From the NCBI GenBank assembly GCA_021792255.1, contig JAJYUZ010000003.1, forward strand, positions 281,032-345,031: a DNA stretch of 64,000 bases, read 5' to 3'. Shown piece by piece: positions 28,020-37,720 of this stretch; positions within the stretch are counted from its first letter, which is position 1, and the number at the start of each line of letters is the position of its first letter. The position numbers and the translations under genes are program-made. The notes beneath the pieces are model-generated. The model ran no database searches. It was given only the letters and a program-made list of their open reading frames with translations, and was not told where the DNA came from. This DNA is from Thermoplasmata archaeon (GTDB lineage: Archaea > Thermoplasmatota > Thermoplasmata > Thermoplasmatales > GCA-001856825).

Positions 28020-29675
28020 TTGTGGCTTGAATTAAGTCACCTATTGAATATCAAACGTGACGCCTTCTCGATTCGATCCTTCTTAGAGGAACTTCGGAAA
28101 AGTCGACCCGAGGAGATCTTTGAGGTTGATACCAAGGTGAGGGTGGATTTTGAACCCACTGCTTATTATTTGAACCTTAGTAAGAGTAACCCTGTAATAT
28201 TATTCAATAAAGTGGATGGCTTTCATAACTTCTCTCTCGTGACGAACATTTTTGGCAGCGAAGAGAGACTCGCTACGGTGGCAGGATTAAACTCCATAAG
28301 TGAGGTCGTGGAGCGATGGTCTTCCATCGCAAATAGCGAACCAAATGAGGCTTTACTCGTTTCAGAGGAGACCACACCTTTTATTTCTAAGATCACTGGA
28401 GAAGACCTAAATCTGTCCGATCTGCCGGTACCCTCGCATTACGAATTAGACGGGTCGAAGAAAGGATTTAGCAGATACATAACTTCTGGTCTGACTACCA
28501 CTATAGATCCTGAGAATCAGTCCACCATCAACTTAAGTTTTTCAAGGATTCAACCATTTGAAAGAGACAAATTTGCATTTGATGCTGGGAGCCGGGGACA
28601 CCTTTGGAAGCATCTAAGCGTATCCAGAGAGGCTGGAGAAAGGTTGAAAATGACAATACTTATTGGACCGAACCCCATATTCTATCTCTTAGCGGCATCA
28701 TTCATTGATAATGAATACGTTAAGGCTAACAAATTCTTTAACGTCAAATTCTCAAAAGGATATCTGAATAAAATCCCAATACCATCTGACACAGAGATCG
28801 CAATCGAAGCGGAATTTTTGCCTAACGAGACTTTTGATGAAGGCCCTTTTGCAGAGTATGTGGGTTATATGGGGTATGACTCAACGAGGTTCGTGGCTAA
28901 GGTCAGGTCTATCCTAATGAAGAGGAATCCAATCTATTATGACATTCAGCCGTCCAATTCAAGCGAACACGTTAATCTGTTTTCCGTGCCCAGATCGTCT
29001 CTTGTCATGAAATCGGTAAGAGAAGCACTTCCCAAGGACCCTATCTACGAAGTAAAGTGGCCTCACTATGGCGGAAGGTTCATGTCATTTGGCTACGTGG
29101 ATCACGCTGAATCTGGGCTAGCAAAACAGCTTGGAATAACGATTCTTGGACTCGACCCACTCTGGAACAAAATTGTCTTTATTAATGAAGGGAAGACTGA
29201 ATTGACTCTCGAAAATGCTCTGACCAACCTAGCTCAGTTGACCGAATTCTCAGAGAATCACATCGCAAAAATATCTAACACTTTCATCATAAGTTCTGAT
29301 CCAACTCGAAACGAACTCGGCAATTCTGGGAAAATTGTATTTGTGACCGAAGGAAAATCCACCAGAGTTGAGAGGGAAGTGAAGAGAGATATCGTAAAAC
29401 TTAAGACGAAACAGGGTAACGTTTTGATCTCCCACGATTACACTGATGATCAAAAGGTAAATGTGATAGTCTCGCAAGATATTGACTTAAAGGATCTAGA
29501 TCAGATTGGTTGGGCTATATCTACTCGCCTGAACCCAGATACAGATATCAACATAGAAAAAAATAAAATTACTTTTTTGGCCACGAGAAAAGTTCCGCCA
29601 GTCGCTCGTGTGCCTAAAAGTGTTAAAGAAAAAGTCGATAGAAAAATGGCTTTACTTCGTGACAGAATCCATTGA
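28020..29675 (+). CDS. UbiD-family (prFMN-dependent) decarboxylase
   Basis: TNIFGS..R, YITSG, EGPFAEYVGY, WAISTR. Confidence 0.85.
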   Translation: MWLELSHLLNIKRDAFSIRSFLEELRKSRPEEIFEVDTKVRVDFEPTAYYLNLSKSNPVILFNKVDGFHNFSLVTNIFGSEERLATVAGLNSISEVVERWSSIANSEPNEALLVSEETTPFISKITGEDLNLSDLPVPSHYELDGSKKGFSRYITSGLTTTIDPENQSTINLSFSRIQPFERDKFAFDAGSRGHLWKHLSVSREAGERLKMTILIGPNPIFYLLAASFIDNEYVKANKFFNVKFSKGYLNKIPIPSDTEIAIEAEFLPNETFDEGPFAEYVGYMGYDSTRFVAKVRSILMKRNPIYYDIQPSNSSEHVNLFSVPRSSLVMKSVREALPKDPIYEVKWPHYGGRFMSFGYVDHAESGLAKQLGITILGLDPLWNKIVFINEGKTELTLENALTNLAQLTEFSENHIAKISNTFIISSDPTRNELGNSGKIVFVTEGKSTRVEREVKRDIVKLKTKQGNVLISHDYTDDQKVNVIVSQDIDLKDLDQIGWAISTRLNPDTDINIEKNKITFLATRKVPPVARVPKSVKEKVDRKMALLRDRIH

Positions 29676-31061
29676 CATTCCTACAGATCCCGTATTTTTC
29701 AATTCCTTGAGCCTCTTCCTCTTGACGTACATTACAATGAACGTCGCAGCAGACCAGACTATAAATGTGCCAGTTCCTATCACCACCGGGGTGCTCAGAC
29801 CAATGAATGTAGATCCGAGGATGAAAACGAATATGGCAATAGAGACGACACTGAGCGCAATGTTCTTCACTCCGTATCTGCCCACGAATTTCTTGTTTAT
29901 GGAGGGGAATGCTGAGTTTATGATTATATGTACGAAAAGCGTTCCAAGTGTTGCCCCGATAGCAGCCATTATGAATGCAGTGAACCCACCTAGAATTTCT
30001 GCGCCTAAGGAGGAAATTATGAATGCTGAAATTGTTATGACCCCAGCGGAAATATAGGGTGTCAGTCTCTTGCTGTGCGTTTTTGACAGTGCCTTGGGTG
30101 CTAAACCATCCCTCCCCATAGTCATGAGGACTCTTGATGTGGCATTGGTCAGGACGACTAGTCCAGTTAGCAAGCTGTTAATGAAGAGTACTGTAATGAC
30201 TATGGCAGCACCGACTCCTAGGTAACTACCCATTATCGTTATACCGGGAACTAGAGCGCCAGCATAGCTAGCCATGTTGGCTGGTCCGTACGCAACGGTG
30301 AAAACATAAGAAGCAAAGACGTAGAATATGCCCAGTATGATTACTGAATAGATTACCGACTTGCTTATGGATTCTTTTGGTTTCTTGGTTTCCTCACCCA
30401 ATGGAGTGGATGCGCCGAACCCAGCAAATGCAGTATACATCAGCAAAACACCTAGCGCCACTCCCGTAATTCCATTTGAGGAGTATTTGAGGGTAAATAC
30501 CGATGGATTGTTGAGTGAAGGATGGGATATCAGGACGTAAAGTCCCATCACCACTATTACTGCAATCTCAATGAAAGCCATTATCATCGTGTACGAGGTT
30601 GAAATCTTGATTCCTCTGATCGATACAAAGAACCCATATGCCAGCGAGACTCCCAGCAGAGGAACCACGAATATGGATGAGATGTTGATGTTGAAGACGT
30701 AAGAAAGTGCGGCAGGAACGAATACGGCTATACTAAGTGCTACAAATGCGATGGCCATTATTTGATAGAAGATGTACATATAGCCTGCGAACAGTGCAAC
30801 AGAAGGTCCATGCCCTGCCTTGACGTACTCATAATATCCACCAGATCCTGATACCTTTTGGGAAATTCTGCTTATTATGAATCCGTTTAGCAGGACGATC
30901 AAGAAGGCCAAAAGAGCGGCAAGTGGAAGTGCACCTAGCGCAAACAAAGCAGCGCCGGTAAACGTTGCTACGGCAGCTCCCGCTGGTGCTGCACTTGCGA
31001 CTCCCTGAAGCAAAGCATTCCTGAATCCGATTGCGTCAGAATGGAGCTTAGACTGATACAT
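29652..31061 (-). CDS. APC-family amino acid permease
   Basis: SGGYYEY, FAGFG...LGEE.K.P, SRVL..MGRDG. Confidence 0.9.
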   Translation of the reverse strand: MYQSKLHSDAIGFRNALLQGVASAAPAGAAVATFTGAALFALGALPLAALLAFLIVLLNGFIISRISQKVSGSGGYYEYVKAGHGPSVALFAGYMYIFYQIMAIAFVALSIAVFVPAALSYVFNINISSIFVVPLLGVSLAYGFFVSIRGIKISTSYTMIMAFIEIAVIVVMGLYVLISHPSLNNPSVFTLKYSSNGITGVALGVLLMYTAFAGFGASTPLGEETKKPKESISKSVIYSVIILGIFYVFASYVFTVAYGPANMASYAGALVPGITIMGSYLGVGAAIVITVLFINSLLTGLVVLTNATSRVLMTMGRDGLAPKALSKTHSKRLTPYISAGVITISAFIISSLGAEILGGFTAFIMAAIGATLGTLFVHIIINSAFPSINKKFVGRYGVKNIALSVVSIAIFVFILGSTFIGLSTPVVIGTGTFIVWSAATFIVMYVKRKRLKELKNTGSVGMSMDSVTK

Positions 31062-31155
31062 CAGAGATCACCTGCCCTTCCGTCATCATAAGAGGCCGTC
31101 CTCCTAAGGTCATATTTATGCCATATTGCGATATTTCATACATTGTAGTTTTCAT
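31048..31155 (-). CDS. candidate Met-rich upstream ORF (35 aa)
   Basis: MKTTMYEISQYGINMTLGGRPLMMTEGQVISDVSV; about 30 nt downstream of TTAATA; overlaps the permease start. Confidence 0.35.
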   Translation of the reverse strand: MKTTMYEISQYGINMTLGGRPLMMTEGQVISDVSV

Positions 31156-31454
31156 CTCAACTTCATGGTAGAAATTCATACTATATTAACCTTTTTTGTT
31201 CAGACAGAAGTATTTGGAGAACGTACGTCGCTCGAGAATCCAGAATCAGAGAAGGCATGAATAGACTACAATGACTTGGGATTTTCCAGTACGTACCTAA
31301 TTATTGCGCACTAAGTAAGCAAGAAATGAACAATGGTCATGAGGGCCCGATCGGGTCAGAAACGTAACCTCAGTTCTGAATGGTGAGTCAATCACCTATT
31401 TTTCAAGAGTCGGTGAGGTCAGATGAAACTAGCTTGCTGGAAAAGCAAGATTCT

Positions 31455-31964
31455 TCAGTATATGGTTACTCCCCTGATTTTGCTCGACTTCTTCAGCTCC
31501 GGAATAATCGACGCTGGAATTGGCGAATCCGTTATGATGTACAGCCTTGGATCACTCTCGAGATCTGGGTCGTCTCCAATCGCTTGCCTAATGCTCACCT
31601 TGTGTTTCCATAGAACTTCAGCTGTCTGATAGATGATTCCGTAATCTCTTGCGTCGTATGGTTCAATCACTAATTCTCCGAATCCGAGAAATGGTGCTAC
31701 TCTTCCCAAGTGGATTGTCGACTTTAGGTTCTGGAATATTTTTGAAAGTTTCTTGTCAGATTCTATATTTCCGATTGCTGCCTTCACTGCCCTTAAGTCT
31801 ACCTGGCATATCTTCGCAAGGGATCGTAGTTCTATCTCGATGTCATTGCACATTACTTTTTTATCCTCAACTCGTAACCCGTATTCCAAAATCTTGAGAA
31901 CCACCAGTTTCTGAGAATGAAACTTTGAAAATTTCTGTTCAATCGTTTCAGTTAAGCTTATCAT
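31455..31964 (-). CDS. ACT-domain regulator of amino acid metabolism (archaeal COG2150-like)
   Basis: SQ..V...L.YGLRV, VSIRQAIGDDP. Confidence 0.85.
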   Translation of the reverse strand: MISLTETIEQKFSKFHSQKLVVLKILEYGLRVEDKKVMCNDIEIELRSLAKICQVDLRAVKAAIGNIESDKKLSKIFQNLKSTIHLGRVAPFLGFGELVIEPYDARDYGIIYQTAEVLWKHKVSIRQAIGDDPDLESDPRLYIITDSPIPASIIPELKKSSKIRGVTIY

Positions 31965-32091
31965 CGATACCTATCTGCTTGCAAATATTTGTTTTTTCTG
32001 ATAGGTATGTCTCAACGGACTCCTAATCCGGGAACATGAGGTGTAAAAGTCGGACACGACCAATAAACATGGATTCCATTTTGGAACCCGA

Positions 32092-32121
32092 AAAAATTAG
32101 CGGTGAGCACATACTTACCGC
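32092..32121 (-). terminator. hairpin plus T-tract after the Lys-rich peptide gene
   Basis: GCGGTAAG-TATGTG-CTCACCGC followed by TAATTTTTT on the minus strand. Confidence 0.45.
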
Positions 32122-32130
32122 CCTACACTT

Positions 32131-32238
32131 TCACTTTTTCTTTTTTGGGGTGGTCTTCTTTGCACTCTTGCCTTTTCCTTTCTTTACGGTAGATTTTGCC
32201 TTTGAAGCCACCTTCTTTGTCATTTTTTTCTTTGGCAT
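32131..32238 (-). CDS. very basic Lys-rich peptide (35 aa)
   Basis: MPKKKMTKKVASKAKSTVKKGKGKSAKKTTPKKKK; 17 of 35 Lys, no acidic residues. Confidence 0.6.
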   Translation of the reverse strand: MPKKKMTKKVASKAKSTVKKGKGKSAKKTTPKKKK

Positions 32239-32387
32239 CGAATTGAAATAGATTTTACTTTACTTTAGTTTTGTGCTTCATTTACAAGTGTCTATAGCGC
32301 TAGGGGCAAACCGTCGAAACCTCAGAACAAAATCTCACCAATGTGGAGGAGTTGGTATTTCTTTGCAAGAAATACTTTAAATCCAAA

Positions 32388-32468
32388 CGCGGGGAGGGGG
32401 AATCGAACCCCCGATCCCATAGGGAAACGGCTTAGCAGGCCGTCGCCTTACCGCTCGGCTATCCCCGC
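32388..32468 (-). tRNA. tRNA-Ser(GCT)
   Basis: GCGGGGA...TCCCCGC-G; ACGGC-CTGCTAA-GCCGT; variable arm. Confidence 0.95.
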
Positions 32469-32629
32469 TGTACCTTACCGTATTTATCTGACATCTCAGT
32501 AGCCAATTGTTCTAGAATCTCTTCGAGATCTTCTCCCTCCAGAACCAGCTCGTCCCCGTTTGAATAAGATATGACTACCCTGAATGTTTCTCCATCGTGA
32601 TAAACATCGACCTCTCCAAGTTTCTGCAT
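32459..32629 (-). CDS. small acidic hypothetical protein whose stop lies inside tRNA-Ser
   Basis: MQKLGEVDVYHDG...GKVQRG*; TTAATATA about 25 nt upstream of the ATG at 32629. Confidence 0.65.
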   Translation of the reverse strand: MQKLGEVDVYHDGETFRVVISYSNGDELVLEGEDLEEILEQLATEMSDKYGKVQRG

Positions 32630-32732
32630 CACAATCAATCGTGATAAATGCTCTATATTAACATTTTCTGTTCTCAATTTCACTCAGTTTGCTATATGAA
32701 TCTTTATTTATGCATTTGATTTCTTTATAGAG

Positions 32733-33257
32733 ATGGAAGGCTCTGATACTGAAGAGAGGAAAATATTCTACAGAGGCGTTTCTACTTCCGTTAAGGAACC
32801 CTACGTAAACGAATCTTTTGCGGGACTTTTGAGTGCATTGGAGTCTGATAAGAAGGAAGGACTAGTGAACATAGTTATATCTGACCGTGAAGTCGGGACG
32901 CTCAGGATAGAAGGTGGCAAGATATACCTCAATGAGATAGTAGACCAGACTCCCCAAGAGACAGAGCTTCTGAGAAAATATCCGGTCCATGGCAGAATTG
33001 CATTAAAGTCTTTAATGGAAAAGTATGTGGACACGGTCGCAGAAGACGCGATAGAGGATCTAGCCTTCCTGGAAGGAATAAAGAGTAGCCCCGACAAAAG
33101 GAGGGTGGATGATCAGCACTTCATTCTCCTTCTCTGGGACAGGTACTGGAATGTAACTTCAAGATTCAGAGGAGATGCCAGGGACGGGATTTACATTGTT
33201 TCCGAAAGGAATGTCTGGGACGAAAGAGACAATAATTCCTTCAACGTCAATGGCTAA
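32733..33257 (+). CDS. hypothetical protein
   Basis: 174-aa ORF with TATA-like TTTATTTA upstream. Confidence 0.75.
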   Translation: MEGSDTEERKIFYRGVSTSVKEPYVNESFAGLLSALESDKKEGLVNIVISDREVGTLRIEGGKIYLNEIVDQTPQETELLRKYPVHGRIALKSLMEKYVDTVAEDAIEDLAFLEGIKSSPDKRRVDDQHFILLLWDRYWNVTSRFRGDARDGIYIVSERNVWDERDNNSFNVNG

Positions 33258-34516
33258 CTTGATCCTCTTACCTTTTTCAGGATCTCCGCTGCAAAGTCGG
33301 CTCTTACCTTTCTTTCTTTGACCATCATTTCCGCTATCTTGTCCACTTCTTCGCCCTTTGCACCAGCCGCTATAGCGACATTTCTGGCGTGAAGAGACAT
33401 GTGACCCTGCTGGATTCCTTCAACTGCTAGCGCCCTTATTGCTCCAAAATTCTGGGCCAGTCCAACTGAGGCCAGTACATTGGCGAACTCCTTTGCGGAA
33501 GATATCCCCAATATTTTTCTCATCAATTTTGCCTTAGGATGGGTAGCAGTTGCTCCTCCGATTATTCCCACTGCCATTGGAAGTTCAATATATCCGGCTA
33601 GGTCACCGTCTTCGTTTATTTCCCATCTAGACAGAGAGGTATAACGGTTCATCGCTGCGTACGCATGTGCCCCCGCCTCTATAGCCCTCCAGTCGTTTGC
33701 TGTCGCTATCAAAACCGAATCGATTCCATTCATTATCCCCTTGTTGTGTGTCGTCGCTCTGTAAGGGTCAATGCTTGCAAACTTGTAAGCCTCTACTATT
33801 CCTTTGACTGCATCGTCTCCTCCCACCGACTTGTTATCGAAGACAGCGTAGGAACTGGTCATCCTATAGGTGGCGAGGTTGCTGAGAATTCTGAGCCTGA
33901 CTTCCCCCTTTGAAATCTCAGAAATGTGGGGAGCGAGGTACTCTGCCATCGTATTGACGGCATTAGCCCCCATTGCATCTCTCACATCTACCAGGAGATG
34001 CACTACGAGCATGGGATCCTTCTCGTCGATTACTCTGACTTCTATGTCTTTGGCCCCTCCACCCACTTTCACCAGGACCGGATCTTGAGAATTTGCCAGT
34101 TCCAGGAGCTCCTTTTTCTTTTCAAGTATCCTGAATTTGGCTCCGAACGGATCGGTGACTCCTGAAAGCTCTATCTGGCCTATCATTATTGGTTCGGTGG
34201 AAACAGACCTGAACCCTCCCTTGATTCTAGCCATCCTGGCCGCATTTGAAGCGGCAGCAACTACACTAGGTTCTTCTATTGCCATGGGTATGAAATAGTC
34301 CTTCTGGTTGATCAGGAAATTGACTGCGATTCCGATAGGAATTTCCATAACCGAAACTACATTCTCTATCATATGGTCAGCAGTGGATTCCCCTAGACTT
34401 CCCATATTCCTCAACATTGACATCTCCTCATCGCTGAGGTTCCCAATTTTTTTCAGGATTTCCCTTCTCTCTTCAACGGATAGCTTATAGAATCCCGAAA
34501 TGCTAGAACTGGACAT
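33254..34516 (-). CDS. hmgA: class II HMG-CoA reductase
   Basis: ENV, EEPSVVAA, DAMGAN, THNKGIMNG, GHMSLH. Confidence 0.95.
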   Translation of the reverse strand: MSSSSISGFYKLSVEERREILKKIGNLSDEEMSMLRNMGSLGESTADHMIENVVSVMEIPIGIAVNFLINQKDYFIPMAIEEPSVVAAASNAARMARIKGGFRSVSTEPIMIGQIELSGVTDPFGAKFRILEKKKELLELANSQDPVLVKVGGGAKDIEVRVIDEKDPMLVVHLLVDVRDAMGANAVNTMAEYLAPHISEISKGEVRLRILSNLATYRMTSSYAVFDNKSVGGDDAVKGIVEAYKFASIDPYRATTHNKGIMNGIDSVLIATANDWRAIEAGAHAYAAMNRYTSLSRWEINEDGDLAGYIELPMAVGIIGGATATHPKAKLMRKILGISSAKEFANVLASVGLAQNFGAIRALAVEGIQQGHMSLHARNVAIAAGAKGEEVDKIAEMMVKERKVRADFAAEILKKVRGSS

Positions 34517-34571
34517 GGCAGATGATGAAGGGGGCGAATAAAGATTTATCTTTATTCACACTTCAAACGAG

Positions 34572-35057
34572 ATGTTAGGGGATTTGCCACTGATTCTTTA
34601 CAAGAGTGAAGATGACCCGAAGAAGTGTACGGCCAGGAAATTAAGAAGATTCAAGCTTGCTGTCTTTATCAGCAGAATTCCTTCAAACAGCATAATCCTG
34701 TACTCTGATTCCAAGGTGAGACTTTCTCCTGAAGATTCTTCTTATCAGCATCTTGTCGCCATAGATGTCTCGTGGGAAAACGTTGACAACTACAAATTCT
34801 CACAATATTCGACTCGTTCTCTGCCATATATGCTAGCTGCGAACCCAGTCAACTATGGCAAACCTTACAAATTATCTACAGTAGAAGCTATTGCGGCTTC
34901 CTACTATATAATGGGGAAAAAAGACGTTGCTGTGAAGCTACTCCAGAAATTCTCTTGGGGGATGCAGTTCATAAATTTAAACAAAAATCCTCTCGATGAC
35001 TATTCTAGGGCAAAGAACTCTAATGAAATTCAGGAGATTGAAAAACTCTACTTCTAG
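34572..35057 (+). CDS. tsr3: 16S rRNA aminocarboxypropyltransferase
   Basis: DDPKKCTA, D.SW, LAANPVNYG, LSTVEA. Confidence 0.93.
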   Translation: MLGDLPLILYKSEDDPKKCTARKLRRFKLAVFISRIPSNSIILYSDSKVRLSPEDSSYQHLVAIDVSWENVDNYKFSQYSTRSLPYMLAANPVNYGKPYKLSTVEAIAASYYIMGKKDVAVKLLQKFSWGMQFINLNKNPLDDYSRAKNSNEIQEIEKLYF

Positions 35058-36436
35058 TTCCATTCATCATTCTCAAGGCGAGTCGTTCCTTTGGTGTACT
35101 CCCTTAGTATCCCCATTATCTTGTCCCTCCATACCTCGTCGATCATTTGGCTATCACTGAATAGTGGATTTTCGTGAATCTTTTCCACGTGTTCCATGTG
35201 AGCACCATGGCTCCCCTTGGATATGAGGAATTTACAATGCTCTCTCTCATCTTTGTCTATCCTGAATTTTCGCCCAAGGTACGTATTCGAGAAATCTAGT
35301 ATGTCCTGTTCCTTGTAGTTTATTATTCTTGGATCGAGGGAATTTGCATTGAGGAAGAGAAGAATTCCGTCGCACTTGGTGCACCTTCCGCATGGAATTA
35401 TCTTGCCATCCTCATCGTGGCAACTGTGACACGATCTCTGCAGCTTTGCAAGTTCTGGATATCTGTTGAACAGAATTCTCTCCTCTATCAGCCCGGTAAT
35501 ATTTCTAAGAGCGGAATAGAACTTGATATCGTATCCTATGCTTTGAAAATAGCTGTTGAGAGCGACGTCAAAGAATTGTGTTTGATCGTAGATCGCATAG
35601 TAGTGATTGATTCCGAATTCCGGCTTGAACTCCCTTGGATCGTCGAATTCGTCCCCTTTCATTACTCCAGAGATGCCGAATTTCATGTAGTATGGAAGAG
35701 AAGAAAAAATGTAAACTGGGAAGATGAAGAGCTGGACTGGATAGGTATCGGACCACATAGCAAGTGCTCTGTCGTTCAGCGCCTTGACTTTTGAATTCAT
35801 CTTCCTGTAGAATCTGTCTATGGTCGTCCATACTCTTAGTGTGTTCTGGTGATTTGCCTGGAAATAATCATAGGCAACACTTGCCGTCTTCCAATGGCCA
35901 CCTGACTCATTTATAAATATCGAATAAACGTTGGCTCCTATCTCCTTCATCAATCCGTAGGTCAGAAGGCTGTCCTTTCCTCCGCTCGACATGATTGCGA
36001 CAGAGCCATCGTTCTTGAAGGGATTCCTAGAATTTTGCTTTATATTTATGTTCATAATGGGAGAGTAGCTGGCCTCCTCGTTGCTGGGGCTCTTAGGTAT
36101 GAATTCGTCCCTGTAGAATTCCTTCCTCTTAAGCAGCTTGTTCACATATATTTCCCTACTGTTTATCACCATCATTTCCTTGATGAAGTCATAATCCTGC
36201 TGTGTGATTGGGAAGTCTGCATCTATCCGTTCGATAAATAAAGAATAATTAACCAGCGGAATAAGGGATAGCAGCCTGAGATCTTGCTTGTCCATGGAGA
36301 TTGGAAAGTCGTATTTGAACGAAAGGATAACCTCTTCTCCATCAACTACGTACTTTATTGAAATAAGATCATTCCGGAGTTCCGGTTCCAACAATCTTAC
36401 TTTCTCAATCGATGATAATTTGCCTCTGGCCTGCAA
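35054..36436 (-). CDS. PP-loop ATPase (MurL/QueC-like) with Cys cluster
   Basis: SSGGKDSLL; SCHSC..CGRCTKC. Confidence 0.75.
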   Translation of the reverse strand: MQARGKLSSIEKVRLLEPELRNDLISIKYVVDGEEVILSFKYDFPISMDKQDLRLLSLIPLVNYSLFIERIDADFPITQQDYDFIKEMMVINSREIYVNKLLKRKEFYRDEFIPKSPSNEEASYSPIMNINIKQNSRNPFKNDGSVAIMSSGGKDSLLTYGLMKEIGANVYSIFINESGGHWKTASVAYDYFQANHQNTLRVWTTIDRFYRKMNSKVKALNDRALAMWSDTYPVQLFIFPVYIFSSLPYYMKFGISGVMKGDEFDDPREFKPEFGINHYYAIYDQTQFFDVALNSYFQSIGYDIKFYSALRNITGLIEERILFNRYPELAKLQRSCHSCHDEDGKIIPCGRCTKCDGILLFLNANSLDPRIINYKEQDILDFSNTYLGRKFRIDKDEREHCKFLISKGSHGAHMEHVEKIHENPLFSDSQMIDEVWRDKIMGILREYTKGTTRLENDEWN

Positions 36437-37460
36437 ATTCAGCCACCAATTCTCCTAGTCTTTCAATATCAAGCATTGGAATGATTGCGGGAATGCGATA
36501 CTTGGACTCGTACCACTGTGATGCCTGTAGTGCCTCCTGTGCCGTCAGGTTTTGTGTGTTGATTGTGATTGCGACTACTCTCTTCCCCGATAACAGTTGC
36601 AATATTTTTATGACCTTTCCTACATCCGGCATTGGATAGGTCTCGAATCCGTCCAGGAATTTTCTTCCAGGTGCGTCTTGAAGTATGATCGCGTCTGGTC
36701 TCCCCGCTGCGATTATCTCAAAACTTCCAGGATATGCTGGGTGGACTACGGAACCCTGTCCTTCTAGAAGTATGAAATCGGGAGTAGTCTTTCTCCAAGC
36801 AGTCACCACTTCATTCTCAATTGCACCTGCGACAAAATCGTTGACCGTCGCATCTATGACTGTTGTGTGCTCGATGCCCTGCATCCAAGAAGTCTGTCCC
36901 GTCCCGATCATTTCCGCAGTAAATCCCCTTCTCTGCAGTTCTCTCATCAGCATGATTGTAGTTGTTCTCTTTCCTATAGCGCTGTCCGTTCCAAGGACAG
37001 CGATCTTGAACGATTTGACCGTCTCGATTTCTCCGGTAAATGGAATCTTTCTGTCTCTGAACATTTTCCTTACGTCTATGATCTCAACGTTCTTTTCTTG
37101 CGCTAACCCATACAACTCGGGATCGTCAGAAATGAAATCGTGAAGTCCATTGACGATGTTCATTCCTTTCAGGATTGCTTGCTTGACGATTTCTCTGTAT
37201 TCTGCGGGAAGTACACCCCCGTCAGTGGCTGCGCCAATTATCAGATAGTTCGGATTGTATCGCAAAGAATCTTCAAGAGATGCAACTATTGGAATTCCTT
37301 TGTTTCTTCCCTCGAGATATTCACCAGCATCCAGTCCTACTAGTTGGGAGTCTATGACCGCCACGATCTTGTATCTTGTCGAAAATCTAACGAGTCCGTG
37401 AGCCGTCTTGCCATATGTGGAAGAGAACACTTTCTCAGCCAGAATTACCGCGCTCTCCAT
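36405..37460 (-). CDS. DUF1611-family Rossmann plus P-loop protein
   Basis: GKTAHGL.R, GLHDF, GTDSAIGKRTT, TGQT, EGQGS; start set at MESAV. Confidence 0.9.
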   Translation of the reverse strand: MESAVILAEKVFSSTYGKTAHGLVRFSTRYKIVAVIDSQLVGLDAGEYLEGRNKGIPIVASLEDSLRYNPNYLIIGAATDGGVLPAEYREIVKQAILKGMNIVNGLHDFISDDPELYGLAQEKNVEIIDVRKMFRDRKIPFTGEIETVKSFKIAVLGTDSAIGKRTTTIMLMRELQRRGFTAEMIGTGQTSWMQGIEHTTVIDATVNDFVAGAIENEVVTAWRKTTPDFILLEGQGSVVHPAYPGSFEIIAAGRPDAIILQDAPGRKFLDGFETYPMPDVGKVIKILQLLSGKRVVAITINTQNLTAQEALQASQWYESKYRIPAIIPMLDIERLGELVAEFAGQRQIIID

Positions 37461-37465
37461 GTCGC

Positions 37466-37720
37466 TCACAAAACCCCTCCAACATTTCCCAACCACAATG
37501 GATGCAGTTGGTCCCTTATCTTGGAATATGCAACTCTTTTCTTATCTAAACCTAATGTGTTTAGTCTCTTCAGTTTTTCAAAAAACCATCCAAGACCGAA
37601 CAGGTACTCTATACGGGTGACACGTAAAACGGACGTGCCGCCTGGGTCCGAATCTTCGTTTTCTTCCTCGGTCAAATTTAACAGATCCTCCTCAGAGGTC
37701 AGGTGATAGAAGAAAAACAT
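37466..37720 (-). CDS. possible small ORF or structured leader upstream of DUF1611
   Basis: stop 5 nt before the DUF1611 ATG; internal GAGGAGG SD before a TTG. Confidence 0.35.
   Translation of the reverse strand: MFFFYHLTSEEDLLNLTEEENEDSDPGGTSVLRVTRIEYLFGLGWFFEKLKRLNTLGLDKKRVAYSKIRDQLHPLWLGNVGGVL

Noticed and set aside
32036-32251. Phe-rich 71-aa plus-strand ORF
   Set aside because: Reverse complement of the Lys-rich peptide gene.
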